Shown here piece after piece: positions 18,937-28,572 of a stretch of DNA of 64,000 bases. This DNA is from Candidatus Shapirobacteria bacterium (GTDB lineage: Bacteria; Patescibacteriota; Microgenomatia; UBA12405), in the NCBI GenBank assembly GCA_041665485.1, contig JBAYIT010000005.1, forward strand, positions 1,974 through 65,973, given 5' to 3'. A program made the translations under genes and the position numbers. The notes under the pieces were generated by a model, which saw nothing but the letters and a program-made list of their open reading frames with translations, was not told the DNA's origin and ran no database searches. Positions within the stretch are counted from its first letter, which is position 1. The number at the start of each line of letters is the position of its first letter.

Positions 18937-20340
18937 TTAGAGGAATTTGAAAGTGGAGAGGATTTGGTCAAATTCTGGTTTTGAATTGATGACATCATCT
19001 TTATTGCCACCGCTAAAGTTGAAGACATATGTCGATTTTCCATTGTGAATAACATAAACATAGGCAAAAGATGGAGCCTCTTGATTGGAATTTAAGTTGT
19101 CAATGGAAAAGAGAACCGCTGGTTTTTCTCCTAAAGTTAGACTGGCAATCTTTGTGTTTTGCGAATTGTCGGCAAATGAGTCACCAACTTTGGCGGTAAA
19201 AGCAGAAGAATAAGGGTCTAGGGGCATATTATCGTACCAAATACCCTTGTCGACACGAAGTTCTATCTTCTTGTTTGATGAGCTAGAAAAAATAGATTCG
19301 CCACTTAATTTGGGAGTAGACCAGGTGGACGGGTATTTGTATGTAGAATTAAGTGTGCTGTTGGTATATGTCTTCCAATCGGTAGGGATAGAAGATGTGG
19401 TGGAATCGGTAAATTTGAAGGTGGAGAGGATTTGATTGAACAGGTCTTTGTCAATCTCTAGTAAAGATTCTTTCTCTGGTTCAATTTTTGTAGACGAATA
19501 CTTTAATAAACTTAGACATGTTTTACTGTCGATTTGAGTCTCAACTCTGTCTTCGACAAAATAGTTACCATTCATTTGGTCGGAATTAGTGAATCTGACA
19601 GCCTTCTTATTGTCCAGATTAGTGTCTATTAGTTCGGCCGGATTATTACATTGCCTGTTCTGGACAGAAATTGATATTGTTGAAGTAGTTTTAGAAAGTT
19701 GCATCTTCAGTGGTACATTAGCTAGATCTCCTCCACTACCAGTAACGTCTTTAAGGACATATTTTGGAGAATACTTGAAAGAAAAGTTGTATTCTTTGTT
19801 TTCATAGGTTTTCCAATCGGAGGGGATAGTCGAAGAGGAGCAGTCAAGCTCGGTGCAGGTGATGGTGAGGTCGGAACCACAGGTGCAGGTGTTGCAACCA
19901 TCGGCAGCGGGGAAGGTTTCATTGATGTGATAGCTTTTGTCGTTTAATTGGCAAACAGCAGTAGAGGTGGGGGTGGTGGCGACTGATGGAGTTGGAGATT
20001 GGGACGTAGCTGGCGGGGTGGTGGCAGAAGAAATACTAAAATATTGTTTATATAAATTGTAGGCCAGAGTGGCGACAACGCCAAGAAATATAATTAAGGA
20101 AAGAAAAAAGGCGTATTTGAAAATATCAAAACCTGGTTTAACCGGGGCCACAGTGGCAACAGCCTCAACTGGTAGAGGTGGAGGTGTAGGTGTAGTAGTG
20201 GGTGTGGGTGTGGGTGTGGGTGTGGGTGCAGGAGGAGTTGGTGGCGCTGATGGGATAATGATTGGAGTTGGTTCCGGTTCGGTTGTAGTTAACTTAGCAT
20301 AATCGTCGAGCACTTTTTGATAATCTTGGTTTTCATCCAT
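18937..20340 (-). CDS. membrane-anchored surface protein: PT-rich low-complexity N-terminus, TM helix, Cys-rich segment, two copies of the paralogous domain ending in DQILSTFKF
   Basis: 467 aa. PTPTPTPTPTTTPTPPP, TM FFLSLIIFLGVVATLAY, two domains starting S/TDWKTY and ending FNQILSTFKFT and FDQILSTFKFL. Confidence 0.6.
   Translation of the reverse strand: MDENQDYQKVLDDYAKLTTTEPEPTPIIIPSAPPTPPAPTPTPTPTPTTTPTPPPLPVEAVATVAPVKPGFDIFKYAFFLSLIIFLGVVATLAYNLYKQYFSISSATTPPATSQSPTPSVATTPTSTAVCQLNDKSYHINETFPAADGCNTCTCGSDLTITCTELDCSSSTIPSDWKTYENKEYNFSFKYSPKYVLKDVTGSGGDLANVPLKMQLSKTTSTISISVQNRQCNNPAELIDTNLDNKKAVRFTNSDQMNGNYFVEDRVETQIDSKTCLSLLKYSSTKIEPEKESLLEIDKDLFNQILSTFKFTDSTTSSIPTDWKTYTNSTLNSTYKYPSTWSTPKLSGESIFSSSSNKKIELRVDKGIWYDNMPLDPYSSAFTAKVGDSFADNSQNTKIASLTLGEKPAVLFSIDNLNSNQEAPSFAYVYVIHNGKSTYVFNFSGGNKDDVINSKPEFDQILSTFKFL
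20180..20227. repeat. (GTGGGT)n hexanucleotide microsatellite (5 perfect units plus degenerate units) encoding the (PT)n tract
   Basis: ggtgtaggtgtagtagtg then gtgggt x5 at 20198-20227. Confidence 0.8.
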
Positions 20341-20392
20341 AAATTAATATCTCATTTATTGACAGCAGTGTCAATTTGGAATAGGCTAAATT

Positions 20393-20866
20393 ATGATAAA
20401 AATAATCGCTTTGTTTTTTTTATGGATGGCCTTACCGGTGGGGGTAATGGCCGGAGGATTTAATTTAAAATCAATTGGCGAGGTGGATACTTCAGGCAAG
20501 CAAATTAGACAGTGGTGGTACACAGGAACTCAACCAGTTTTACGCGGTGAAGCCAGCCCGGGAGCGACAGTAATGATTACTATCGACAGTACTCCGGTAG
20601 AAATTAATGCCGACAGCTCGGGTAACTGGGATTACGCAGTGCCGACAGCTTTAACTGAAGGCGACCATAAAATTGAACTAACGAGTGGTGGTAGTAACAT
20701 AAATTTTACTTTAACCATAGGGAACGGTAATGTTAATTGGGAGGCAGTCAATAATGATAGTGAAGCATTGCCGGCGGCAGGCAATTCGATGCCAACAGCG
20801 GTGTTGCTGGTTTTGGGACTCATGTTGACGGGAATGGCCGGGGCTCTGGTAAAATCGAGATCGTGA
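20393..20866 (+). CDS. secreted protein with a C-terminal sortase-type sorting signal (LPAAG, hydrophobic segment, KSRS tail)
   Basis: 157 aa. N-terminal signal peptide; C-terminus ...EALPAAGNSMPTAVLLVLGLMLTGMAGALVKSRS. Confidence 0.55.
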   Translation: MIKIIALFFLWMALPVGVMAGGFNLKSIGEVDTSGKQIRQWWYTGTQPVLRGEASPGATVMITIDSTPVEINADSSGNWDYAVPTALTEGDHKIELTSGGSNINFTLTIGNGNVNWEAVNNDSEALPAAGNSMPTAVLLVLGLMLTGMAGALVKSRS

Positions 20867-21888
20867 AGAAAATTTATATAAAAACGTTTGGATGTGTGCA
20901 GAATAGGGCTGATAGTGAGCGGATAAAAAGTTATTACTGGAACGAGGGCTATGAGCTGACGAACAAGTTAGAGGAGGCGGATTTAGTAGTAATTAACACC
21001 TGTGTCATTCGGGAGTCGGCGGAAAACAGGGCATATGGACTAATAAATCAGTTAAAAGTTAAAAGTTACAAGCTGAAAGTTGTGGTAACAGGATGTTTGG
21101 TGGGAACGGCGATAAGACAGAAAAAAATAAGAGCATTAAAGGCAAAGTTTCCCGAAGTGAATGAGTTTTTGCCGATAACCAAGTTTGATTATCCCAATCC
21201 CCCACTCCGGGATAAAACTAAAGCGGCGATGATACCAATTAGTTCGGGGTGTAACCATTTTTGTTCGTACTGTATTGTGCCATTTGCCCGGGGGCAGGAA
21301 ATTTCAAGAGATATAGAAGGGATATTAAAAGAGGTTGATTGGGCGATTAAAGACGGATTTAAAGAAGTGGTCTTAATTGGACAAAGTGTAAATTCCTATA
21401 ATGATGGCAAATTTTTTGAATTATTAGAAAAAGTGGCCAAAAAGCCATTGGAGAAAGTCTCGTTTATTAGCAGTAACCCATGGGATTTTTCGGATGAATT
21501 GATTAAAGTGATAGCTAAATATAAAAATATTGATCGGTTGATCCACCTACCAATCCAGTCGGGTGATGATGAAATACTAAAAAAGATGAACAGAGGTTAT
21601 ACTAGAGCTTTTTATTTGAAACTAGTCGACAAAATTAAAAAGGAAATTGAAGGGGTGAGAATTTCGACAGATATAATTGTGGGGTTCCCAGGAGAGGACG
21701 AAAAAGCCTTTCAAAACACGGTTAAGCTTTGCGAAAAAGTAAATTTTGATATTGCCTATATCAATAAGTATTCGCCCAGAAGAGGAACGGTGTCGGCCAA
21801 AATTTATGCCGATGATGTGCCGATGGCGGAAAAGAAAAGAAGGTGGATGGTGTTGGAGAAATTGGTTAACGAGAAAGAATTACTTTAA
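20863..21888 (+). CDS. radical-SAM methylthiotransferase (MiaB/RimO family, short form)
   Basis: MTTase N-terminal domain IKTFGCVQN plus radical-SAM cluster SSGCNHFCSYCIVPFARG. 341 aa, so the C-terminal TRAM domain looks truncated. Confidence 0.8.
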   Translation: MKKIYIKTFGCVQNRADSERIKSYYWNEGYELTNKLEEADLVVINTCVIRESAENRAYGLINQLKVKSYKLKVVVTGCLVGTAIRQKKIRALKAKFPEVNEFLPITKFDYPNPPLRDKTKAAMIPISSGCNHFCSYCIVPFARGQEISRDIEGILKEVDWAIKDGFKEVVLIGQSVNSYNDGKFFELLEKVAKKPLEKVSFISSNPWDFSDELIKVIAKYKNIDRLIHLPIQSGDDEILKKMNRGYTRAFYLKLVDKIKKEIEGVRISTDIIVGFPGEDEKAFQNTVKLCEKVNFDIAYINKYSPRRGTVSAKIYADDVPMAEKKRRWMVLEKLVNEKELL

Positions 21889-22881
21889 GTATTTAGCAAT
21901 GTTTTGGTTGTGCTCATCGAGGGTGGTGGCGTAGTACATTTGGCTGTCGAGGCCGGAGATGTAGAAAAGATAGTTGCTTGAAGTTGGATTTTGGGCAGCG
22001 AAAAGGGAGTCAACTCCGGGGTTGCAAATCGGACGGGGAGGCAAGCCAGTATTTTGGTAAGTATTGAAAGGTGAGTTAACTTTAAGGTCTGATTTAGTGG
22101 CAGGAAGCCAGTATTTGACGGGGGGGGTAAGACTATCGCGGGCATACTGAACCGTGGCGTCGATTTGAAGATGCATTTTTAGGGCAAGACGATTTTGCAA
22201 AATACCGGCAACTAGTTGTTTGTCGGGCCGAGTTTTGGCCTCACGCTCTAAAAGTGAGGCGAGAATAATAGTTTCAGAGTTATTTTGAGAAAGTGAGGAA
22301 ATTTTGGTGGCGATTTCTTCGGAAGTAAAACGGCGAGAAAGGCGATAAGTGTCGGGAATAATATAACCCTCGAGACTGGGGTTTAGAGCGATTTGGGAAG
22401 GGAAGAGTTGATTAATTTCTTCCAAACGCATACCGGGCTTAATGGTAACGGTGTATTCAAAGTCGCCACCACGGGTGATAGTGTCAAAAATTTCGGCTAA
22501 ATTTTGATGGCGATTTAAAGTGAATTGGCCAGCGTGGATTTTTGAGGCCTGGCCACTGATTTTGGCATAGAGATAAAAGCTAAGGCGATTCTTGATGAGA
22601 TTGGCGTTAACTAAGGTTTGAGAAATAAGGGACAAACCATCACCTGGGTTAATAGTGATACTTTGGGGCGAAGAAACAGGGGAAACCGGCAAAAAAGAGT
22701 AAATTAGAAAGGCAGGAATTAAGAGAAAAAGAAGAAGACTATATTTCATCAAACAAAGCTCGACGATAAGAGTTTTTCTTGGTGTCGTGAATGAAAATAC
22801 GGCCACAACGGCAAGTAACAGTATTTTTAGTTCTGACAACTTTGGAAATGCCCCGGGAGAGATTGTCGCCACAACCAACAC
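21880..22881 (-). CDS. mltG: endolytic murein transglycosylase MltG/YceG-like (probable true start MKYSLLLF near 22746)
   Basis: YIIPDTYRL, ASLLEREA, LQIDATVQYA, SPFNTYQNTGLPPRPICNPG: the YceG-like signature blocks. Confidence 0.8.
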   Translation of the reverse strand: MLVVATISPGAFPKLSELKILLLAVVAVFSFTTPRKTLIVELCLMKYSLLLFLLIPAFLIYSFLPVSPVSSPQSITINPGDGLSLISQTLVNANLIKNRLSFYLYAKISGQASKIHAGQFTLNRHQNLAEIFDTITRGGDFEYTVTIKPGMRLEEINQLFPSQIALNPSLEGYIIPDTYRLSRRFTSEEIATKISSLSQNNSETIILASLLEREAKTRPDKQLVAGILQNRLALKMHLQIDATVQYARDSLTPPVKYWLPATKSDLKVNSPFNTYQNTGLPPRPICNPGVDSLFAAQNPTSSNYLFYISGLDSQMYYATTLDEHNQNIAKYLK

Positions 22882-22936
22882 AACGGCCTTGAGATAATAG
22901 CCAAGCCTGAATAGGAGAAATTAAATTTTTAAACAT
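22739..22936 (-). CDS. small zinc-ribbon protein (hypothetical)
   Basis: 65 aa with CVGCG ... CRCG; compatible with mltG if mltG starts at the internal Met. Confidence 0.3.
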   Translation of the reverse strand: MFKNLISPIQAWLLSQGRCVGCGDNLSRGISKVVRTKNTVTCRCGRIFIHDTKKNSYRRALFDEI

Positions 22937-22946
22937 TTTTTATTTA

Positions 22947-23333
22947 TTAACTAATAACTCGACGAAGGATAACTGCTGCTGCCAGCGAATCAATGTCTTT
23001 GGAATAATCTCTTTTTTTTCGCCGATTGTCAACAAAGACGGAATTGGCTTCGATAGTACTAACCGCTTCCTCAACCGTCTCTATTGGTAATTTTATCACG
23101 GAGTGGAGTCTGTCAATAAACTTAAGAGTAAGCTTGCCTATTTTTCCCTGACTTAGACCAATATAAATGGAATCAATTTGATATTGGTCAACATAGTCTT
23201 GAATAAAGCTAAAGATGTTATGGTCGTTTTTTATTGACGAAAGAGGGGAAATGACACCGCGAACAGAAATAGCCAGGCCAACTCTTTTGGTGCCAAAATC
23301 AATACCGAGGTAATTCATATTAATTGTCGGCAA
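22947..23333 (-). CDS. ruvX: Holliday-junction resolvase-like RuvX/YqgF
   Basis: LGIDFGTKRVGLAIS N-terminal RNase H-like motif. Confidence 0.85.
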   Translation of the reverse strand: MPTINMNYLGIDFGTKRVGLAISVRGVISPLSSIKNDHNIFSFIQDYVDQYQIDSIYIGLSQGKIGKLTLKFIDRLHSVIKLPIETVEEAVSTIEANSVFVDNRRKKRDYSKDIDSLAAAVILRRVIS

Positions 23334-24036
23334 TTTGAGTTTTAATGATTAGACGGCGAAGATATGTGCCGGGAGGGCTACAAGTGATAAGGGTTAGATA
23401 GCGGTTATCGAAACGTTGTTCGAGAACAGAGAGATCGGTTGGTTGAACTTCGTAAATTTCGGAAACAAGGTATTTATAACCTACAGTATCGTAATTGACA
23501 AAAATCTCGTCGCCAATTTTAAGCCGATAGAGAGTGGAAAAAATAGTCAAGTAAGATTTGGAATTAAAAAATTGGGGCAGAACTGAATGGCCAAAAATAA
23601 CAGTGTTGCCAAGTTGGCCGGGAAGGGCAGTTTCTGGATATTGAATAAGACTTTTTTTGAGATCATTACTACCAACAAGTACCTGAGCATCCTGAACTTT
23701 GAGTTTAGGAATGGAAAGGCGGTAATTTTGGGGAGAACCAGAGTCAAAAGACGGACTGGTGGTGCTGGGAGAAACAAACCAACTTGAGAGTTGAGTAAAA
23801 TCTTCAGATTGGCCCAGAACTACTCCCTGCCGATTATAAAAACTGGCAGATAAAGGATTGACAACCTGATGAAAACGGCTGGCATACTCGATTTGAAAAC
23901 TGACGAGAGGAAAAATAGCAGAAAATAAAAATCCGGCACCGGAAATAAAAAGAGTGAGAGCTAAAAGACGACGAAAGGGAAATTGCTGAGTAGAACGTTT
24001 AGGAGGCTGACTTTTTTTTAGGTAGATGTAGGCCAT
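23320..24036 (-). CDS. sortase (transpeptidase)
   Basis: N-terminal TM anchor; conserved His in GNTVIFGHSV, catalytic Cys in LTLITCSPPGTYLRR (TLxTC ... R). Confidence 0.75.
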   Translation of the reverse strand: MAYIYLKKSQPPKRSTQQFPFRRLLALTLFISGAGFLFSAIFPLVSFQIEYASRFHQVVNPLSASFYNRQGVVLGQSEDFTQLSSWFVSPSTTSPSFDSGSPQNYRLSIPKLKVQDAQVLVGSNDLKKSLIQYPETALPGQLGNTVIFGHSVLPQFFNSKSYLTIFSTLYRLKIGDEIFVNYDTVGYKYLVSEIYEVQPTDLSVLEQRFDNRYLTLITCSPPGTYLRRLIIKTQIADN

Positions 24037-24038
24037 AT

Positions 24039-26054
24039 TTATTGGCTTTTAATTTCAACATTTATCCGGTTGGGATTAAAGGGGAAAAGATTGGTGATCT
24101 GAACCAGATTGAGAGGGCTGGTAAAGCGCCAATTATAAAGCCGAGAAAGAGAGCGACGAAGGATGTTGAGGGCAAGATCGGGACGGCGCCCGGCAATTAA
24201 CTTGGCTATTTGAGCAGTGTCGGCCGACGGAGTGAATGAGCCTTTAATTTGGAGGAAACCCTTGGCGGTAGTGGCTTCGAATTTTTCGGGGATAAATTCA
24301 AAGCTAAAATCGGATAAATTATAACTTGAGGATGAAAGCTGGCTATCTTTGGAAATAAGGCTTTTTATTAGGTCGGAACGACTGGATTCGGAAAGAAGAT
24401 GGGCGGTAAGAGAAATCTCTGCCTTGGCCGATAAAAGGTCAGAGACCTCGCCAACCTCACGGTTCAATTGGATCTTTTCTGATTTGGTCTGCCAAGAGCC
24501 GGAAAGGAGATCGGGAGTAGAAGAGGGAAATTTGATGTTTTTCTTAACTTCTTGAGTAATCTTAGTTTTATCGGCAGTGGAAACTATTTTTACTTCAGAA
24601 CGGTTACCTCCGGAAATTTCCGAACTAGTTCGGGCAACTAACTCGGTTTCGGGATAATCTTTAAAAACTAAATTAGTATTGGTGGCTAAATTAAATTCCG
24701 GGCCGATGTCTGAAGCAATAATGGAAACTTTTGTTTGGCCCATTTCAATAATCCCCTCCTCAAGTTTGGCGGTGCTGGGAGGAACTTGGACAGGCGAGGC
24801 TAGTTCATATTTTTTTTTGCCCTGATCCAAGAGAATTAATCCACGAGGCAAATTTTTTGCTTGGCTAACTTTATTGTAAAGAGTGATTTCACCTTTGGCG
24901 TTGTCACCAATAACTTTAGTGCCAGTGGTGGAAATAGTGGCTGATGTGGCAATATCGAGATTAATTAGACTAGTAGGAACGGAGGACGAACCAAGAACAA
25001 CCGGAATCTTCTCGTCAACAGAAAAAGGAGAGAGAAAAACAATAACACTGGCCGATGGAAGAAGATAAAATAAAACGGCAAAAATAATAACGAAGGCAGG
25101 AACTAACCAAATTTTATGGCTGAAGTTGGGGACCTTGATTTTTGGCAAATTAAGTTCGGGTAACTTGACTGAGGGGCCAGGAACTTTAGGTTCTATCTTT
25201 AGTTCTTCTTTTGGTTCTTCTTTTGGCTCTTCGGGTGGAAGATTGTTACTAAAACCAAGATCGGTAGGATCAACATCAACCAATGAGGGCGTGGTCACAA
25301 GAGGAGCAGATGGAGGCAGAGGCGAGGATGTAGGTGGAGTGATAACAGAAGAAAAGGCGAGAAAGGAGTCTATTGAACTTAAGCTGGTAATTTCAGGAAG
25401 ATGAAGAAAAAAGTCGCGACCATTGAGGGTTGGCCAACGAAAATTAGTGGTTAATTGGATGATTGAGGGGGTGGTTTGGCCAAAAAGAAAGATTTGGGGC
25501 GGAAAAACGGAATCCGGCGGAAAAAGAGAAAAGCAATCCTGAAATATTTGGGGGTCAAAAGGCTTAGTAAACGGATGACGAATTCGTTGAGTTATTTTAC
25601 CGACAATTACCAATGAAACAACAAAAGAAACATCGTCAAAATATGTCAAAACAAAGCTTTGGGGATTAGAATCTTTGCTGGCAAAATACTCAACAACCGC
25701 CTCATCAGAAGGAACAAAACCAAGAGGTTTAAGGGTTAGATCTTTGCAGACTTTTTCAACTAAGCCTAATTTTGAGGAAGTAATTTTACCGTCGGAACTA
25801 ACCCAAAAGGGAGGAATAACGAAACCAACTGAATCCGGTTCTTGATCCTCGGGAAGAGAGATATTGGCAGAGATGGTGAGGATAGCTGAATCAATGGCCT
25901 TAATTAAAGTTTCCGGGCTGTCAGCTTGCCAAGGAGAAATAGGGGCTAAATTTATAGTAGGCAGTGACGTTTGACTTGAAGAAACTAGGGCAACTGTGGC
26001 CGTCGTTTCATCAACATTGATCAACCAGAAACTTGGGTAGATAGTCCTCTCCAT
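24039..26054 (-). CDS. large membrane protein with a PilM/FtsA-like N-terminal region and a proline/lysine-rich repeat linker
   Basis: 671 aa. WLINVDETTATVALVSSS N-terminus; PPEEPKEEPKEELKIEPKVPGP; TM IWLVPAFVIIFAVLFYLL; long extracytoplasmic C-terminus of unknown function. Confidence 0.4.
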   Translation of the reverse strand: MERTIYPSFWLINVDETTATVALVSSSQTSLPTINLAPISPWQADSPETLIKAIDSAILTISANISLPEDQEPDSVGFVIPPFWVSSDGKITSSKLGLVEKVCKDLTLKPLGFVPSDEAVVEYFASKDSNPQSFVLTYFDDVSFVVSLVIVGKITQRIRHPFTKPFDPQIFQDCFSLFPPDSVFPPQIFLFGQTTPSIIQLTTNFRWPTLNGRDFFLHLPEITSLSSIDSFLAFSSVITPPTSSPLPPSAPLVTTPSLVDVDPTDLGFSNNLPPEEPKEEPKEELKIEPKVPGPSVKLPELNLPKIKVPNFSHKIWLVPAFVIIFAVLFYLLPSASVIVFLSPFSVDEKIPVVLGSSSVPTSLINLDIATSATISTTGTKVIGDNAKGEITLYNKVSQAKNLPRGLILLDQGKKKYELASPVQVPPSTAKLEEGIIEMGQTKVSIIASDIGPEFNLATNTNLVFKDYPETELVARTSSEISGGNRSEVKIVSTADKTKITQEVKKNIKFPSSTPDLLSGSWQTKSEKIQLNREVGEVSDLLSAKAEISLTAHLLSESSRSDLIKSLISKDSQLSSSSYNLSDFSFEFIPEKFEATTAKGFLQIKGSFTPSADTAQIAKLIAGRRPDLALNILRRSLSRLYNWRFTSPLNLVQITNLFPFNPNRINVEIKSQ

Positions 26055-26072
26055 TGATATAAGAATACAGCA

Positions 26073-27830
26073 TTAGGCAACTATTTCAGCATAGATTCGC
26101 CTTTTGCCTGAACCGGCCGATTCCTCTTTGGTAATTTTGAGTTTACCAATCTCGCCGGTGGCAGACACATGGGGGCCAGTGCAAACCTCTTTTGAAAAAG
26201 AGTCGATGGTGTAGACAGAAACTATTTCTGGGTATTTATGGCCAAAAAAGGCCAGAGCGCCCTGATTTTGGGCATCGGTAAATTTCATCTCTTCTCGAGT
26301 GACAGGTAGGTTTTTGGAAATTATTTGGTTGACAATTTTTTCGACTTCTATAATTTGGTCTGGAGTTAATTTTTCTTGATGGCTAAAGTCAAAACGAAGG
26401 CGGTCGGCGGTAATATTGGAACCTGATTGCTCTACATGATTGCCCAAAACTTGGCGCAAGGTGGCATGTAAAAGATGGGTGGCAGTGTGGTATTTGGTAA
26501 TAACTTCGGAGTTATCAGCCAGGCCGGATTTAAATTTCCCAGCCGAAAGAGTTTGGGAAAGTTTGATGTGATCAGATTTATATTTTTCAAATTCGCCTTC
26601 ATCTAAATCGAGATTGTTTTTGTTTAATTCTTCCTTAATTAATTCAAGGGGAAAACCAAAATTTTGATAAAGATCAAAAGCCTCTTTGCCGGTAACTTTG
26701 TGATTTCTTTTGATTAATTTATTTATTTCGTTTAGTCCTTTATCTAACGATTTCCTAAATCGGTTTTCTTCGGCTTCTAGAATTGATAATATTTTGACTT
26801 TGTTCTCATTTAATTCAGGGTAGGTGCCGGCGTAATTGGATTGGTTATCTAAAACAGATTGGCCGATAATTGAACAAATATTTTGTTCAATGCCGAGTAA
26901 TTTGCCATGGCGAATACTGCGGCGGATGAGGCGGCGGAGAACGTAGCCGGCTTCTTTGTTGCCAGGCTCGACTCCGTCGGCGATGATAAAAACGGCGGAG
27001 CGGATGTGGTCGGCAATAATTCGAAATGATTTTTGATAATTTAGATCTTGATAACTTTTCCCCGAAATTTCTTCAATTTTTTTGATAATCGACTGCCAGA
27101 TATCAGTAAGATAATTGTCGGAAAAACCATTGAGGACAGCAATGGTCCGTTCGACTCCCATGCCGGTGTCGATATTGTTTTGAACTAATTTTTCATATTT
27201 ACCCTGATCGTTTTTTAAATATTGAATCAAAACATCATTCCAAATTTCCAACCAATTAGGATTTTTAGGATCAAATACTTTGGGTGGATTATTGTCTTTC
27301 CACCAATAAAACATTTCCGTGTCGGTGCCACAAGGGCCGGTAACTCCAGGTGGCCCCCACCAATTATCAACAAGAAAATTAATTCGTTCCGGGGATAAAC
27401 CTAAATCGAGCCAGAGCTTTTGCGAGACAATGTCTTTTTCAGTGTCGCTATTGCCAGCAAAACAAGTGACAGCCAATTTATCAACAGAAATATTTAGGGT
27501 TTTGGTTAAAAATTCAAAACTCCAGGGAATGGCTTCGGATTTAAAATAGTCGCCCAAAGACCAATTGCCAAGCATTTCAAAAAAAGTGTGGTGATAAGAG
27601 TCGCCGACCTCATCGATGTCCCCTGTCCGAATACATTTCTGAATATTGGTTAGTCTCTTGCCAACCGGGTGAGATTCACCGAGAAAATAAGGAACTAAAG
27701 GCTGAATGCCGGAGGAAGTAAAAAGGGTTGATGGGTCGTTTTCAGGAACTAAAGGAGCGCTGGGGATTTCGACATGGCCCTTTTCGACAAAAAAGGCAAT
27801 GAATTTAGCTTTGAGTTCCGAGGCGGTCAT
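26073..27830 (-). CDS. alaS: alanine--tRNA ligase (short form lacking the C-terminal C-Ala domain)
   Basis: Class II AlaRS catalytic core and editing-domain HxxxH motif (HTATHLLHATL); 585 aa. Confidence 0.9.
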   Translation of the reverse strand: MTASELKAKFIAFFVEKGHVEIPSAPLVPENDPSTLFTSSGIQPLVPYFLGESHPVGKRLTNIQKCIRTGDIDEVGDSYHHTFFEMLGNWSLGDYFKSEAIPWSFEFLTKTLNISVDKLAVTCFAGNSDTEKDIVSQKLWLDLGLSPERINFLVDNWWGPPGVTGPCGTDTEMFYWWKDNNPPKVFDPKNPNWLEIWNDVLIQYLKNDQGKYEKLVQNNIDTGMGVERTIAVLNGFSDNYLTDIWQSIIKKIEEISGKSYQDLNYQKSFRIIADHIRSAVFIIADGVEPGNKEAGYVLRRLIRRSIRHGKLLGIEQNICSIIGQSVLDNQSNYAGTYPELNENKVKILSILEAEENRFRKSLDKGLNEINKLIKRNHKVTGKEAFDLYQNFGFPLELIKEELNKNNLDLDEGEFEKYKSDHIKLSQTLSAGKFKSGLADNSEVITKYHTATHLLHATLRQVLGNHVEQSGSNITADRLRFDFSHQEKLTPDQIIEVEKIVNQIISKNLPVTREEMKFTDAQNQGALAFFGHKYPEIVSVYTIDSFSKEVCTGPHVSATGEIGKLKITKEESAGSGKRRIYAEIVA

Positions 27831-27831
27831 G

Positions 27832-27845
27832 AGGGAATTATAACA
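27832..27845 (-). promoter_or_regulatory. conserved extended -10 motif TGTTATAAT-TCCCTC abutting the alaS ATG (possible leaderless transcript)
   Basis: Minus strand reads tgttataattccctcATG; the same 15-nt motif recurs upstream of rpsO and nusA. Confidence 0.35.
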
Positions 27846-27853
27846 ATTTTCGA

Positions 27854-28564
27854 CTATATCCTACCTAGAGATGTTGGGTTTGTTAGATATTGAGAATGAT
27901 CTGGCAATTTCGCATCCAGCAATGCTTGATTTCTTCTTCTACAAGCTCTACATTGTCCACATTGTTGACCATCACTAGATGGTTTTAAACAACTGAAAGT
28001 TGCGACACTTAATAGGTCAGCTTCTAATCCTTCTTCGGAAACGGCTTGAGCAAAGACGGTAGATTTGTCTATATTTAATAGAGGTGCTGATATTTTAAGC
28101 CTACTCCCGGCCCCTGAAACACTATTTCTTGGAGTTAATGCTTGCATTTGTTGAAGGCAGTCTAGCATGGCTCTAGTTTGTGGCATATCTCTCGCATCTT
28201 CTAGAATACTACCGTTAGCGACTTCAATACCACCATGCATCCTGGCATAATCTGCGGCTAATCCATGAATTGAAAAAACGTTGCGCAAAATTGGTAACCC
28301 CCCAAATTCTCCAACACCCCAAAAATTTGTGGCCAAAGATTCAACTCGTAATACTCTTAGTTCAACTCCACATATTTCAGCAACTTGTTTGGCTGACATG
28401 TATTCCTGATAAGCATAATGAGCCCCCCAAGATATGTGCAATCCAACTACTTCCTGTTGGTCACCTCGATATCTTGCTTCTAGTTTTTTGTGCCAAAGTA
28501 AGGCAAATGAGTCAGGACCTCCCGATACTTCGACAAAGACTTTTGGTTTTTGGAATTCAGGCAT
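27854..28564 (-). CDS. queC: QueC-family PP-loop ATPase (7-cyano-7-deazaguanine synthase-like)
   Basis: SGGPDS PP-loop; C-terminal zinc motif CGQCRACRRR as in QueC (CGxCxxCxxR); overall colinear with E. coli QueC from memory. Confidence 0.7.
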   Translation of the reverse strand: MPEFQKPKVFVEVSGGPDSFALLWHKKLEARYRGDQQEVVGLHISWGAHYAYQEYMSAKQVAEICGVELRVLRVESLATNFWGVGEFGGLPILRNVFSIHGLAADYARMHGGIEVANGSILEDARDMPQTRAMLDCLQQMQALTPRNSVSGAGSRLKISAPLLNIDKSTVFAQAVSEEGLEADLLSVATFSCLKPSSDGQQCGQCRACRRRNQALLDAKLPDHSQYLTNPTSLGRI

Positions 28565-28572
28565 ATGTGTTG

